Shown piece by piece: positions 39,878 to 52,583 of a stretch of DNA of 64,000 nt. Below the pieces are notes generated by a model, which saw only the letters and a list, made by a program, of their open reading frames with translations, had not been told where the DNA came from and did not search any database. The stretch lies in the NCBI GenBank assembly GCA_046563655.1, contig CM102289.1:2790001-2854000 (forward strand), read 5' to 3'. This DNA comes from Yuukianura sp. NJ FZ-2021. Lineage: Eukaryota. The number at the start of each line of letters is the position of its first letter. The stretch's first letter is position 1. A program made the translations under genes and the position numbers.

Positions 39878-40186
39878 AATATAACAAAAAATAATGCACT
39901 GGTTCCGCTGTAAGGTCCACGAAGGACAAAAGAAACTTCCACTTTTTCTTCTGCGTGGAGTAAATTTACAAGAAAAGTTTTGGAGTTTATTGACTCACAC
40001 AAAAGCTTTTATTTTCGGCTTTAAAGCGTATTTTTAACGCGGTCTTTTCCCTTTGGCGTTTGCGAAGCCTTTTGCTTTATTTGTGCATTCATTTTCCACT
40101 TTGTAGTAACACACTCACAACCAAGCAGAACTGGATATATTTGTGCACGGTTATTTAAATGTATAAAAATCTATAGACTGGAAGAA

Positions 40187-42041
40187 ATGTTGGAAACATC
40201 AAGTCAAACAAAAACATTTTTTGGAATCCTGCTTCCGCAAGAGGTATTTTTCGTTTGCTAATTTTAAAATCATATATTCTTTGTCGTATTTTTGAAATTT
40301 TTGATAGGTTTGTGTTGAAATACTTTCATGGCTACCCATCAACGACCTTCTGAATTGTCGTCTCGTTTGTCGCAGTTGGTGGGATGACCCAGCAATGTTT
40401 GACGTGCTACGAAAAAGTCACAAGACAATCCATTTCCGAACCAACAATGACATCAAATACTTCTTTTGGCTCATGCGCACCACTCCTGGAAGAACTCCGT
40501 TTTCGAAGTTTGCCGTTGAATTAGATCAGGACATTTCTTTGAGTACAATTCAAGATTTTTTGAAAAGTACGGAAGTTACTGAAATGCGCTTACTACATAA
40601 CCTTCGGAAGAGATGGACTTTTGAGCTTCTCGATGTGAAAGTAAAAAGTCGTTCTTGGGGAGAAGGTTATGGGCAATCAATTTGCACGTTGCTTTTCAGT
40701 ACTTCAAATTTAACATCTCTGTATCTAGTGGTTAACTACGGACGTGAATTTCCAGCCACAGATGAAGCAAGCTTTACTCAAGCGTTCCGAAGTTTGAAAA
40801 AGTTCAAGGTCAAATTTCTACTAGAGTTTTATAGAAATCGTCCTGTCGAACACAGCATATTTGAAAACATTATCAAGCATTCTCCTCGTCTACAAGTACT
40901 TTCTCTACTATACTATCCATATTTTTGCGAAGTCGACTACGACTACCCAGGCATTCCACTGACTTTTATGTTCAGGAACAGAGATAAAAGCTATCATGAA
41001 AAAACAATGGAACAGACAGAATTGCAAAAACTGCCAAAATTTTTAAGTCTGCTTCGGTCACCTTCAACAAAAGTAAAACTTCGACTCGGAATCATCACAG
41101 AAACTTTTCAGAACGTTTGTACGCAACTCATGGCCTTAAATCCACAACCCCGAATTGTTGCCCTTGCAATTTCGCTTCCCAGTGAACTTGATCTGGCACT
41201 CAAATCATCAATTTGGAACTGGATTCAAACTTTGCCGCTTTCCAAACTCAAGTTTTTTCAAAACAATAGTCATTATGACGACTTTCCCGATTTACTCACG
41301 AACCCATTCTACACTGTCCATCAACTTCGCTTGACTCGTGTTACAAACATAACTTCAAATGATGCACACTCGCTGTTTCCAAACTTGACGAAACTTAGTG
41401 TTTACATACGGACAAATAACAGCTTTCAACAACCATTATCTTTGCATTCAGATTTTGATACTTTCTGCTCCTTGGCGAACAGTTTGCCTCACTTGCAACA
41501 TTTAAAGATAAGTGGAACGTCATGGGAAGTGTTAACTGGCGAACCTTATCGACAGGCGTATGCTCCTGGTGTAACTCTAAACTACGTGCTTCAGCAAATC
41601 GAAAATTTGGAGGGAAGAACGTTCGACGTTGCTAAGAATCCAATTGGAGAATTAAAAGGTAAATAAAATATATTTAACCCAATTACAAATTAGTTGGATT
41701 TAACACGCTGTATTTGCTAAAACTGTTTTTTTAGAACTGAAGTACCTTGAAATTGATTCTACATTGGACGGCATCTATTCTGCTTTGTACGCCTCAGCCA
41801 CAAGAAGACTAAATCGACTCCGACGACTCACATTTGTCACACACAATGACCCGGTAGTTTATAAAAGTATTTATCTGTAAACATTATTTCTTGAAAATTT
41901 TAATTCGATTAATAATTCAGTTTATTTCATTGGTTATTTACTTTTCAGCCCGCATTTTTAAACAGTTACGGCGAACACGCCATGACTCTTATCCGGAAGT
42001 ACCATGATAACGTAGTACACACCAATGTATCTATGAAATAA
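40187..42041 (+). CDS. F-box protein, array member 6 (4 exons), closest to member 5
   Basis: LLPQE|VCVEILSWLPINDLLNCRLVCRSWWD; flanks are paralogous to those of member 5. Confidence 0.85.
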
Positions 42042-43077
42042 GTTGTACGTATGTAAAATATAAAATGACCAATAGCATATAGTTGCATAAATCTGTTTGC
42101 AGATTAGATTTTCACAATTTTAACACCGCCAACCGCCATTGTGTTGGTGTGCCTCAAAGCACAACGTTACATGTTGTCCATGGTGAAATGATAAAATGTA
42201 GAATGTGTAGAATATATTAGTTTTTAAATAGAAAAAAGTGAAATCGTGTAACAGAGTGCATGCTTGTTTGTAAATTGACTTTGTATTTAGGAATTGAAAG
42301 TTTTATCTCATAATAAAAATGCTAAAATAGACAAGGCTGAATTAAATAAAATCAAGCTGAAACACTTTAATAGCATTTTCCTTACAAGTTTATTTTTTTC
42401 ATAAAGTTTTCACCCAGTTGTTACATAATTTGGTTTCACAATATTTTGGCGCACAGTAGGTTTGGGTACCGGTTGTCACTATTGTTAACGTTCAAGATGA
42501 AAGTACACCTCATCTGGAATTCGCACATCGCATTGTGACGTTCTCATAGAGTATTTCCATGATGTGCTAAGATTAGGTTTAGATTTGACTCTGTTCTTAG
42601 TGATGCCGTTTTTCTGAAAAGTGAAATAATTTCTGAAAGTTTTGTGTTCGAACGATCTTGAATTGCGTTGAACAGTAATGATAAACAATGCTGAAAAAAT
42701 TACTGTATGCAGATGCATTTTGATACTAAATGTATTTCGTGATAAAAACGTCTTACTATTCTTTAGACTTTTTAATTAAAATTTTGTAGGTATACATTTG
42801 ACATTTCGTGCAGCATATATTTTCTCGGACGTTTTTAATTCCTTTATGCAATTTTTGTAATGTTTTCTTCTTACGTGACGACTGGGCGTTTAAATAAATT
42901 TTATTTGTTCCATTTAATAGAAATGCTTAAGATTAGCAATTATGTTTAAGTAAAGCCAATAATTTTAATTCAAATTTCTCTTTTCCTTTGGAAAGTGATC
43001 CTTTGAGCTCAAAATTTCTACGAGTTGCAATAACTTCTGAAACTGTAAAATTGCGATAAATCTCAAAAGCGGAAATA

Positions 43078-45486
43078 ATGCTCCGGTTTTGGTTTTTGGT
43101 AAAAATAGTTTTAATTTTACTTGTACTTGGAAGTTTAGAGGAATCGAACACGACTTTCCACATTCTAAACCTGCATCAACTGGTAGATCAGTTTCCACAT
43201 AGCGACAATATGATAATTGCTGAAAATCTTCAATTTGAAATTACTTCAAGTTTTGCTGTCCCAGTAAAGTTGTACTACATGTGGCACAGACATGGAAACT
43301 GCGAAGGTATTTATCGCGACTTTGACGGAATTGACAGCAAGCAGATCAGTGCCAAAAAATTACAAAACTTTGAAGTTTTTCTCATATTTCCAAACACTGT
43401 TTTCGAAGAATTGGAATACAGAGGCCCATCTAAATCTTGTTTCAACTCCAACTACGGCTTTCAATCTGAGTCTGGAAATGTATCCAGACGGTACGGCGTT
43501 TCATTTCATGTTTTACATTACAACGCATCTGTTAAATATACCATTGCTTCATTAGTTTCCTACGGCTACTATAGATCAATCTTCTTGTACAACCTTGCAT
43601 ACACTCAACATTCAAAAAATAATGGTAAAACCGAATTTGAAATTACCGCTTTATCATTCGTGTATGGCCACCAAGCAACTTCTCATTCGATGAACACAAC
43701 TGAAGCCTTGCTGTTGCATCGTTTTAAACAAATGGTTCCGAAAGTGACAAAAATTGCCAGAAATTTACTCATTCCTCCTCGTGTCACTATTTGGCCTAAC
43801 GGAAGTGAATCAGGGAAGGCAAGAATAGAAGTCGCCAAGATTTTAAATCCATTCAAACAGCACCAATTGGCGCCAAAATCTCTTGCGCTCCATGATTACA
43901 TTGACTTTCATCTAAAAAATATTCTGGTTTACCCCGTTAAGTTTTCCGGAAAATCTAAAACTCCCGAATGGTGGATTTTTAGCAATCGACAAAGTCTGTT
44001 TAATTTACAAACGCCAACAATACTTGTACACCATTTTGTACCTACCAAAATGGAAAATATTAGTTTTGTGACTTGTGATGGAATAGTAATTGACATGTTC
44101 AGTTTTAAAATTTATACAAAACCGTACGATATTTACTTTTGGAGCACCGCATTAGCAATATTAGTGTTATTAATATTTGTTGCCTCGTGGATAAACCATG
44201 TTCGGCGGTCTAAAATTTCTCAGTTGCAAAATTTTGGATGCGTAGCTCTAGATTTCTTTTTTCTATTTCTTGGAAGCTTGTTTGAAACATTTTCTAAACG
44301 ACAACAAATTACAACAAGAAATCGCAGAATATTTGTAGTTGGCTTATGGTTTCTTTTAGCCGTGGTTGTAACAAATGCGTACAAGGGTGTAGTTGTATCG
44401 TACTTGATTTCTGCAATACCTATAAGGCAAATTTATCATAGGTTTAATCAATTACAGGACTTTGTTGTATTCATTGATGGTATATCCCATCATCACATCC
44501 TGACTGATCCAGAAAATATGTTTGTCAGATTTCTTCGTTACAAGTTTCAAGCGATAGAGCTTTTGTCATTGTTTGAATGTGATGATGAACTAAAAAGTAA
44601 TACCCAAGTACGAGCGCTTGAAACATTTCCGATGGCAATTTCCGGAAATTCCGCTTTAAGGCGGATAGCTAATCTTCAGAGATTAAACAAATTTCAATGC
44701 CTAAATATTTCAAAAAAACCATTGGGAAGGTTGGCTAGCGCCGACTCGTTTGCATACTACGACTATCCGCAAGGATTTAACAAAATAAAGTCTGTAGGTA
44801 ACTTTCTAAGACCAAAACTACCAAAAAAATTTGTGCTTGGGACGCTAAAAGTCTTGAGCTACATTGACAAATACAGAAATATTGAATTTGGACTTACGAG
44901 ACTTTCGGAACTTTTATCACTTTGTACTAAAACAGCCCTCGTGTCAACCGACTCAAATTTAGATTATGTTTTAGCACACTATGGAAACACCGTAGAGCAG
45001 AAAAGACGCCAAGGTTTGAATTCTGCTGAAGATTGTGTATATTTTCGCAAAGGAACTGAACCTGTTGGAACACTTTTTCTAGGATACAATGTATATACAC
45101 CGTGGGACTATACAAAGTTACTGGAAATTATGGCCTCTGGAATTTATCATTTGTGGGAAAAGTGGTTTCCCATTACTAGACCTACTGAACGGGACAAACT
45201 GATAAGGCAATATGAAAAAACAAAATCACCAACATATGTACCCAAAAAACTAAATTTAACCGGAAACATAACTACTGCCTTTTACATTCTCCTGTGTAGC
45301 TTGGGTTTGGCTAATTTAGCATTTATTTATGAAGTGAAACTAATAGGTTGTAACTATCTAATTCGGATGAAAGCTAAAGTTTATAAACTAAGAATCCACA
45401 TTTCACGGCATTTTAAAAGAAGAAGAACGAAGATTTCCAGGGTTTCTTCTGCTAGGAAAATACGAGTCGCGAGTTTACAACAATAA
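43078..45486 (+). CDS. Intronless divergent ionotropic receptor (802 aa)
   Basis: Signal peptide; SFVTCD..FSFKIYTKPYDIYFW, GSLFE, WFLLAVVVTNAYKG, IMASGIYHLWE, KLNLTGNITTAFYIL..LAFIYE. Confidence 0.8.
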   Translation: MLRFWFLVKIVLILLVLGSLEESNTTFHILNLHQLVDQFPHSDNMIIAENLQFEITSSFAVPVKLYYMWHRHGNCEGIYRDFDGIDSKQISAKKLQNFEVFLIFPNTVFEELEYRGPSKSCFNSNYGFQSESGNVSRRYGVSFHVLHYNASVKYTIASLVSYGYYRSIFLYNLAYTQHSKNNGKTEFEITALSFVYGHQATSHSMNTTEALLLHRFKQMVPKVTKIARNLLIPPRVTIWPNGSESGKARIEVAKILNPFKQHQLAPKSLALHDYIDFHLKNILVYPVKFSGKSKTPEWWIFSNRQSLFNLQTPTILVHHFVPTKMENISFVTCDGIVIDMFSFKIYTKPYDIYFWSTALAILVLLIFVASWINHVRRSKISQLQNFGCVALDFFFLFLGSLFETFSKRQQITTRNRRIFVVGLWFLLAVVVTNAYKGVVVSYLISAIPIRQIYHRFNQLQDFVVFIDGISHHHILTDPENMFVRFLRYKFQAIELLSLFECDDELKSNTQVRALETFPMAISGNSALRRIANLQRLNKFQCLNISKKPLGRLASADSFAYYDYPQGFNKIKSVGNFLRPKLPKKFVLGTLKVLSYIDKYRNIEFGLTRLSELLSLCTKTALVSTDSNLDYVLAHYGNTVEQKRRQGLNSAEDCVYFRKGTEPVGTLFLGYNVYTPWDYTKLLEIMASGIYHLWEKWFPITRPTERDKLIRQYEKTKSPTYVPKKLNLTGNITTAFYILLCSLGLANLAFIYEVKLIGCNYLIRMKAKVYKLRIHISRHFKRRRTKISRVSSARKIRVASLQQ

Positions 45487-46375
45487 TATGCATTGCGGTT
45501 TAGAAAATTAAGTTATTTTTTACAGTTAAAAAAATTTGGGTCGAATTTTTAATCAGCAACAATTTTGGATTTCGTGTCACACGCTTTCAGTTTTCGAATT
45601 TAATGTAAATTATGTATTAGTGGACATTTCGTGTTAAAACAAAGTTTTAGAAATAAAAGCCCAGCCCTTTGACCTTAGTACCATGTCGGCCTGCTTAAAA
45701 ATTCTTTCCATTTCACGCAAATGGAACACATAGAGTGAGCAAATTCCATTTCTCTTTCACTTTTCTGTCTATTTCTCTCTGTTTCTTTTTAAGCAAAGTT
45801 TATATGTAAAAGGAAGTTTGAAAACACCTTTTAAACTTAAGTTCGTGCTACTTCTACTACTGAAACTCTTCATTCGGAATTCAAAATAGGAAACTAAAAA
45901 AATATACCAGAGTTCCTTTGATGTTTTGAGTTTACACAAACAACTCCCAGTCCCATATGAAACTAAATTCTTCTTAAGTATTTTCTTATGCATAGGCCAC
46001 TTAAACATTTTATAAGCATTTGTAGCATCATATGGCTCTCACGTGTTTTTTTTGTACTTGGAAGGCATGACATCCCAGATCCAAGTTGCTAAGATTAATA
46101 CACGAATCGATAATTATTTCAAGTGTCTAAACCAACTCAAAGTGAATGGATTTAGTTGAAAGACAAATTCCACTAGCAGGTGATACTCCTATAGTTCAAC
46201 TTTTGTTGATCAGTCAATTTTTAAATTACAATTAAATGGTACTAATTTTAATAATATTTCGAATAATTATTACCTTCACAGGAAAAAAATATCGTCTCTA
46301 CTAACCCTTCGTGAAAAGTTCGCACAACTGCGGAATCATTCTTTAGCGAAAAGCACTTACAGGCTTGTAATTGGA

Positions 46376-47727
46376 ATGACAAGTCTTTCGGTAATTGTGA
46401 ATTTAATAAAATCAGCTAAATTAGGTTATGAAAAGCGTATGCTTAATATGTATACAATTTCTTCATTTTCTTTTTTAGATATTTGAGTATAACTCGGCGA
46501 AAGTTAGAATTAGAAATCGAGAAGAGGTGACAGAATTAATTACAAGGCTTCGTTCCGGAGGACCTTCAAATTTACAGGTAGCTAAACTGCGCATGTCAAT
46601 TGGAATGAAACAAAAATGCGTTTTCTTTTCTTTTTAAAAACTTGAAAAAATTCACTTGTTCTTTTTATTTCAGCAATAATTTGAGCATGCTAAATAGTTT
46701 CCTTTTGGTAGGTTATTACAGACTTTGATTTCACTCTTTCCAAGGCTCATACAGAAACCAAGAAATGTCTTCCAGCGGCAGGTCAGTTTTACTCTTTTAC
46801 TGTTTTAATGTTGATATTTTTTTACTTAAGTTTTCTAACTATGTTTGGAGTATTCTGAACACAAATATTGATTACTTTAGGTATTATTCGGCAAAGTTCG
46901 CTCATGCCGGAAGAGTTCAAAGCCCGAGCCCGTGAGAGATATTACAAGCTACTTCCAGTTGAACTTGATCCCACGATGACAATTGAGCAAAAAATTCCAA
47001 TTGTGGTAGCCAGTTTTAAGGAAGGTTTTGCAGATTTGGTCAACATAAATCTACTCAACAGAAAAAATTTAGCTGAACTAATTTCCAATGGTGACAAAAA
47101 CTGTAATTTTGAACTAAGGTAATGCTTATGAAGTTACAAAAGTTACAAAAGTAAGATTTAATTATTGACTCTATATCACAGAGATCGGTGTGATGTAACT
47201 CTGCAGTTCTTAAACGATGAAAACATTCCAGTTGTGATATTTTCTGCTGGATTTGGTGATGTGGTTGAAGGACTCCTTAAAAAATTTTCCTTGGACTTTC
47301 CAAATATTCATGTCATTGGGAACTTTATGGACTTTGATGAAAACGACAAACTTATTGGCTTCAAGGAACCTCTCATACACAGTTTCAACAAGGACGAATC
47401 CGTTTTGCCTCCAAATTGTCCATTTCTGGATGATCTCGCTCATAGAAAAAATGTGATTCTACTTGGAGATTTAATCGGAGATGTCACTATGGCCAATGGA
47501 GTCGAAAATCCGGAAACTGTGTTAAAAATCGGGTTTTTAAATGATGTCGTAAGTACAATACTATTTCAAAAGTTGCGGTGAATTAGTGTTTAGTAATATC
47601 AAATTTGAATTTTTAGAACGAGGAGCTACTGGACAATTTTCTGGAAATCTACGATATAGTTTTGCTGGATGATCAGACTATGGATTTTGTCAACTGCCTG
47701 CTGCGAGAAATTTGTACCACAATTTAA
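46376..47727 (+). CDS. Cytosolic 5'-nucleotidase III / m7GMP nucleotidase (HAD, UMPH-1 family), ~6 exons
   Basis: LQ|VITDFDFTLSK (DxDxT), IPVVIFSAGFGD, GFKEPLIHSFNK, NVILLGDLIGDVTMANG, LKIGFLND, YDIVLLDDQTMD. Confidence 0.92.
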
Positions 47728-48287
47728 AAAAAATTGAACTAATTTTTTTGATTTCCAAAAATCATTATTTTTGAAAAAGATGGCAGCTTCAATGTCAGAA
47801 AAAACGCCTAAACTCGAATTAGTTTGTAAATACTTGTAACGTTTTGGACTAAAATACATCAAAACTTTTTTTACGTCCTCCATTTTAGTCATGTTTTTTT
47901 CGCAAACCATCACCGTAAATGCAAGTCTTGATACATTGACAGAACCAAGTCTGAAACTAAACCACTTCCTAATCAAGTAAGTCCGGTTTAAAGAATTCTT
48001 GAACACTTTCTCTTAATTCAATTTTTTTTTGTGTTAAAAAGATGTGTGTCAGTCAGCTTGAGCTTTTAGAGAAAGTGCTTCAAAGTTTTATGAAAAAAAA
48101 TGAGATCAAAAGTTCAGTATTCAAGTTTTTCTCAATGAGGAAACAGTCGCCACATGCGAATTTGTCGATGTGAAGCAATTCTGTTAAAAGTATTTGAGAA
48201 TTTGAAAATTTGAGTTTTTGCTATCCGGAGTTGAGGAGATCGAATTTAGGTTTTAAAGTTAGTGCCAATTTTGATAAGTCAGCAACC

Positions 48288-48740
48288 ATGAGTCAATTCC
48301 TTCAAAATGTGTTAGTATTCAGTCCGATTTTGCTCAACCGGATGAAATCTGTGTTATCTGAAGATTTTTCACAACAGTATCACTACATGTCTCACGGAAA
48401 TCAAAATAGCAGGCCAGTAAATGCTGCAGGTAATTCTGCCATTGACTCAATTGCTGCTGATCCAGTGTATGCTCAGTTCCTTGCGGTTGGATTTGTTATT
48501 ATGACGGCTGCACTTGGATTTAGTGAGTCCATTTTTAAATCACTTTTTTAAAAAAAAAATTGTGTTTTTACGACTTAAATTTGTACTAACCGTTTAATTT
48601 CTTTTGCAGTAATTTATCCAATCTTAAGTGAAAAAGGAGGCGCTCGAGTCAAAAGAAGCATCCAGAAAAAGCAACCAGCTCTAGATACGTTTTCAATAGA
48701 GAAAGTTTTGTCTGGAATTGAAGCTTACAATTCAACATAA
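48288..48740 (+). CDS. Small hypothetical membrane protein, 2 exons (48288-48522, 48610-48740)
   Basis: GT-AG intron joins FLAVGFVIMTAALGF|IIYPIL (TM), followed by RVKRS and EKVLSGIEAY. Confidence 0.5.
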
Positions 48741-49829
48741 TGGAAGCTCATACACATCTGGTGTTCTAGCTAATAACTTCATGTTTTCATCTATTATTTA
48801 TTTATCTATTACTCTTTCAGTTTGCTAACTTTAAATTAAATTATGCAGCGATATGTTGCACAGAACTAGAAAAAAATAGGGAGCGGTTGACATCCTTCTC
48901 ACTTTCTCTATGTATTTGCTATGTATTAAGTTCTTAATGTCACACATGCACAATGGTCGTCTTAAACCGGTTCTGCTGAAAAACATGGTTTGCACTATAC
49001 GACAACAAAACAACTTGATTAATTGTTCCAGACTTATTTTTTCTCCAACTTTTCAACATCGCAAAATAAGGTTCAAGGTTTGTTGGAGCAGCAAGTTGTA
49101 TTTACTTCATGCAAAAGGATGCACAATACCACGTACAGCAAAAATGTTCAGAAAACTAATCATACAAAATCGAGACTTGCTTATTCTCAAATATCTGTAC
49201 TATACTGTACTATATAGGCATCTACATTATAGGCATAAGTAGGGTAGCATTAAGTTTTTAACTTAACAACCAACACAATTAGATTCTAAATTGCGTAAGG
49301 CCACTTCTGTGGGGGCAGTTAGAAATTGTATGAAAATGAAACAATAATCGAAAAATAAATCAACTGGAAATCTCAAAAAAAAACCTTGTTAACATGCTAA
49401 TGCCCTTGCTAACGATGCTAATGCTAATGCTAACGAGAAAAACCTTGAGAAAGTATTTCTGTAGAGTTTGAAAACTGGTGGAACGTCTACTTTAACTAAC
49501 CAAACGTTGCATATGCTGCCAAAAATTTTATTTGGTGAGCAGCGCGATTCCATGAAAACTGGTTTTGGGTTTATATGTATTCACAATTTTGTCACCTTCA
49601 TAGTTTTTGCTATTGTGCAATAAATACTAATTGATCACCTAAGTTAGGGTAAAGTGAATTTGTTAATTTAAAAAAAAAGAAGAAAACCTGAACCACTCCT
49701 AAGGTTTTGAAGGCTATAAATATGGCGAGTACAAAGGAATCTCGAAAAGTTTGATTTCAATGACACACTTTGGATTCAGTTTAGTCAGCATAATAACAGC
49801 GTAATTTAGTTTACAGAAAGAATACAATC

Positions 49830-51179
49830 ATGTCTACTCGTTTTTCGACTTTTCAACGAAAATTTTGCATTGGAATAGCTTTACTTTATATCATAGGATT
49901 GGGAAATGGACAAGTGACGTATACCCAAAAAGAACGTGACGCTTTGCAGAAGGTACGTACCAAAGTGTTTCAAAATGGAGTGAAAACGCCCGCATTTTTC
50001 AGAAATTAAAGTTCAGTTTAACCTCACTGAAAGTTAATGCGGACAAGGTTTTGTCCGAAAAGTGCGACAATTGGCTTACTTTGAAACGTTTTGAACAAAG
50101 TATTAAAATATGCTATGATAAAGTTTGACAAACTTTTGATCGAATTTCATATTTCAGTTTCGGAACAAAGTCAGCAAGGAATTGGTTAAAGATTTTCATA
50201 AGCGAGATGCGTATTTAATGCGATATCTACGAAGTACGTTACCAAATATTTTAATCATTCAGAAAAAAATTAATTGCAGTTAGGTAATAACTTTTTATGT
50301 CTTGTCAGCTCATGATTTTAACATGGAGAAAGCCGTCAGGAGCCTTGAAAAGGTAAAAACAAAGTAAACCCTACAGATTCATAGCAGCAAAAAGAGTATA
50401 TTTTAATTGTTTTTGAAAAAAAATCATAACCATTCCGTAGGTCCACGATTGGAGAAAGGATAAGGAAATTGATCGAATCTTAGAAGCTGATTTATCACAG
50501 CATTATAAAAACCTGCCTTACAAAATCGATGGAGTTGACAAAGAGGGAAATCCGCGTGAGTATAAAACTAATTAACCTTGTCCGCTCATTCTATCTGAAC
50601 TTATAATTTACCTTGAATGTGTGCTGGTCTTTAGTCTTACGCCTATACTTTGGAAGATGGCAAATTCGTAAATATAGCATCTCCGGAAAACGGGACACAA
50701 TTATTAAAGTATTTCGACAAATGCATGAAAAAATGTTTCAAAAAATTTGGGAAACGAGAGACAGCACAAACCAAGATGTGGACCAGTTTTATTTTGTGGT
50801 CGAATTGCTTGGCTTCAACGGCAGAGATCAACTTTGCTTCGGATGCTTGCCAATCATTCTACAATTTGCCGCTGGGTTCGACGCTGGCTCAAGTGTATTT
50901 GTCCGGAACACTACACTGGTTAACAGTAAGTACTTTTTGATCTAGGAGGAAAAATTTAGTAACAAAAACATAATTATAAATCCATTCGCTTCAGCACCAA
51001 GAATATTTCTGCCGGCTTTGGGGCTGGTCAAACAACTCTGGACGGGTTCCACACTTTTGAAGTCTTTTGGCATATACGATTCGGACAAAACTATCTGGCA
51101 GCCAGCACTGTTTAAAGACGTCGATCCTAGTCAGTTGCCAAAATCTTTGGGTGGTACGAAGCAAAATGACAAGGTTTAA
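49830..51179 (+). CDS. SEC14/CRAL-TRIO lipid-binding protein with N-terminal signal peptide, ~6 exons
   Basis: FRNKV..DAYLMRYLRAHDFNMEKA..WRK..ID..PYKIDGVDKEGNP..VN|TPRIF..VDPSQLPKSLGGT; hydrophobic N-terminus FCIGIALLYIIGLGNG. Confidence 0.88.
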
Positions 51180-51377
51180 AAGATTCACGAAAATAAAATT
51201 ACAGATGGAATTCGATATATTAAAGTAAACTATTTAGAATATTTAAAATTTTTGGAAGCAAAAAAGAATTAGTCATAATTTTTGCATAGCGGATATTGGA
51301 ACTGTTTTTACTATTGCCGATATAATTTTTAACGCAGTTTGTGAAACTTTTGAATTAAAAGTTTAGCTTAACTTTGA

Positions 51378-52578
51378 CTAATTCTGCCATTGATCTTGTC
51401 TTAAATTGTAGCGAATCAAATCCATGTAAGTTCCGTAAAAATTTGCAGCAGTCGGATGAATGCGTCTTAATTCATGGAAGCCTAGTCTTAGAGCAATGTT
51501 TTGACTTTTGTAGTTCTCCACAGCACAATCAATTGCAATTTCTGTAAGTTGCAGTTCCTGAAATCCAATTTTCACTAGTTCAGTGCAGCATTCTGTAACA
51601 ATACCGAGTCCTTGAAGTTCTTCTGTAAGCCAGTATCCTATTTTTGCCTCTTTTTTGAGCAAATCCACTTCAACAAAACCTGCTGTACCAGCAATAGCCC
51701 CTTTGTAAAAAATTCCAAATACGTGACCAGTATTTTCTGAGAAAGATTTTTGTGTGCTGATGATAAAATCCAAACTGTCACTTTCTTTTGTGCAAGTGTC
51801 TAGCCATGGAAGCGGTTGAGGTAAGCTTTAACGAGCGCCATTGTAGCCGCACAGTGTAGCCGCTGGCGGCCATCTTGCGTGGCTACAATGGGTGGCTACG
51901 CTTGAGCGGCAACATTTGTAGCCGCCAGTGAGAAAATTCGTATTGTCGCCACCCTATTGTAGCCGCACATGCTAAATAATGCTGGCAACAATGTTTGAGA
52001 ATTACCTTACTAGATGCACTCGAACTAACGCACGTAACTAAAACCGACAATTTAATCACTATTGTCTAGTATCCTAACCTAACACCGCGCCTTCGGCGCG
52101 GGAAAATAAAAGTGAATTCACGAAATTAAACAGTATAAAAGGTCCGCCAGTTTCCTGTTTTATACTGTTTCATTCGGTGAATTTATTTACTTTTATTTTC
52201 CCGCGCCGAAGGCGCGGTGTTAGGTTAGGTTACTTGATTAAAGTGGCCTAATTCTAAAACAGTGTTGCCGGCATTATTTAGCATGTGCGGCGACAATAGA
52301 GTGGCAACAAGGAAAATTTTCTCACAGGCGGCTACAAATGTTGCCGCTCAAGCGTAGCCACCCATTGTAGCCACGCAAGATGGCCGCCAGCGGCTACACT
52401 GTGCGGCTACAATGGCGCTCGTTAAAGCTTACCTCAACCATGGAAGCCATTTCCGCAAATATGATCTGTTCGTTTCAGTTAATTTGAAAAGGGCTTCACT
52501 ATGAATCGATTCTAGTCTTCTTAGTTCCAAATCGTCCGAGAGGATTCTTGGGGATGACACTACTTTAGTTGCTTCCAT
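51378..52578 (-). pseudogene. RimL/YdaF-type (bacterial ribosomal-protein N-acetyltransferase-like) GNAT, interrupted by a MITE
   Basis: Removing 51814-52439 and one TSD gives an uninterrupted ORF: MEATK..LELRRL..LFKLTETNRSYLRKWLPWLD..AKIGYWLTEELQGLGIVT..CAVENYKSQNIALRLGF. Confidence 0.85.
51814..52439. mobile_element. Nearly fully palindromic MITE (626 bp)
   Basis: Arms start ggttgaggtaagctttaacgagcgcc and pair over almost the whole length; TSD atggaagc at 51806-51813 and 52440-52447. Confidence 0.95.
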
Positions 52579-52583
52579 GCTTA

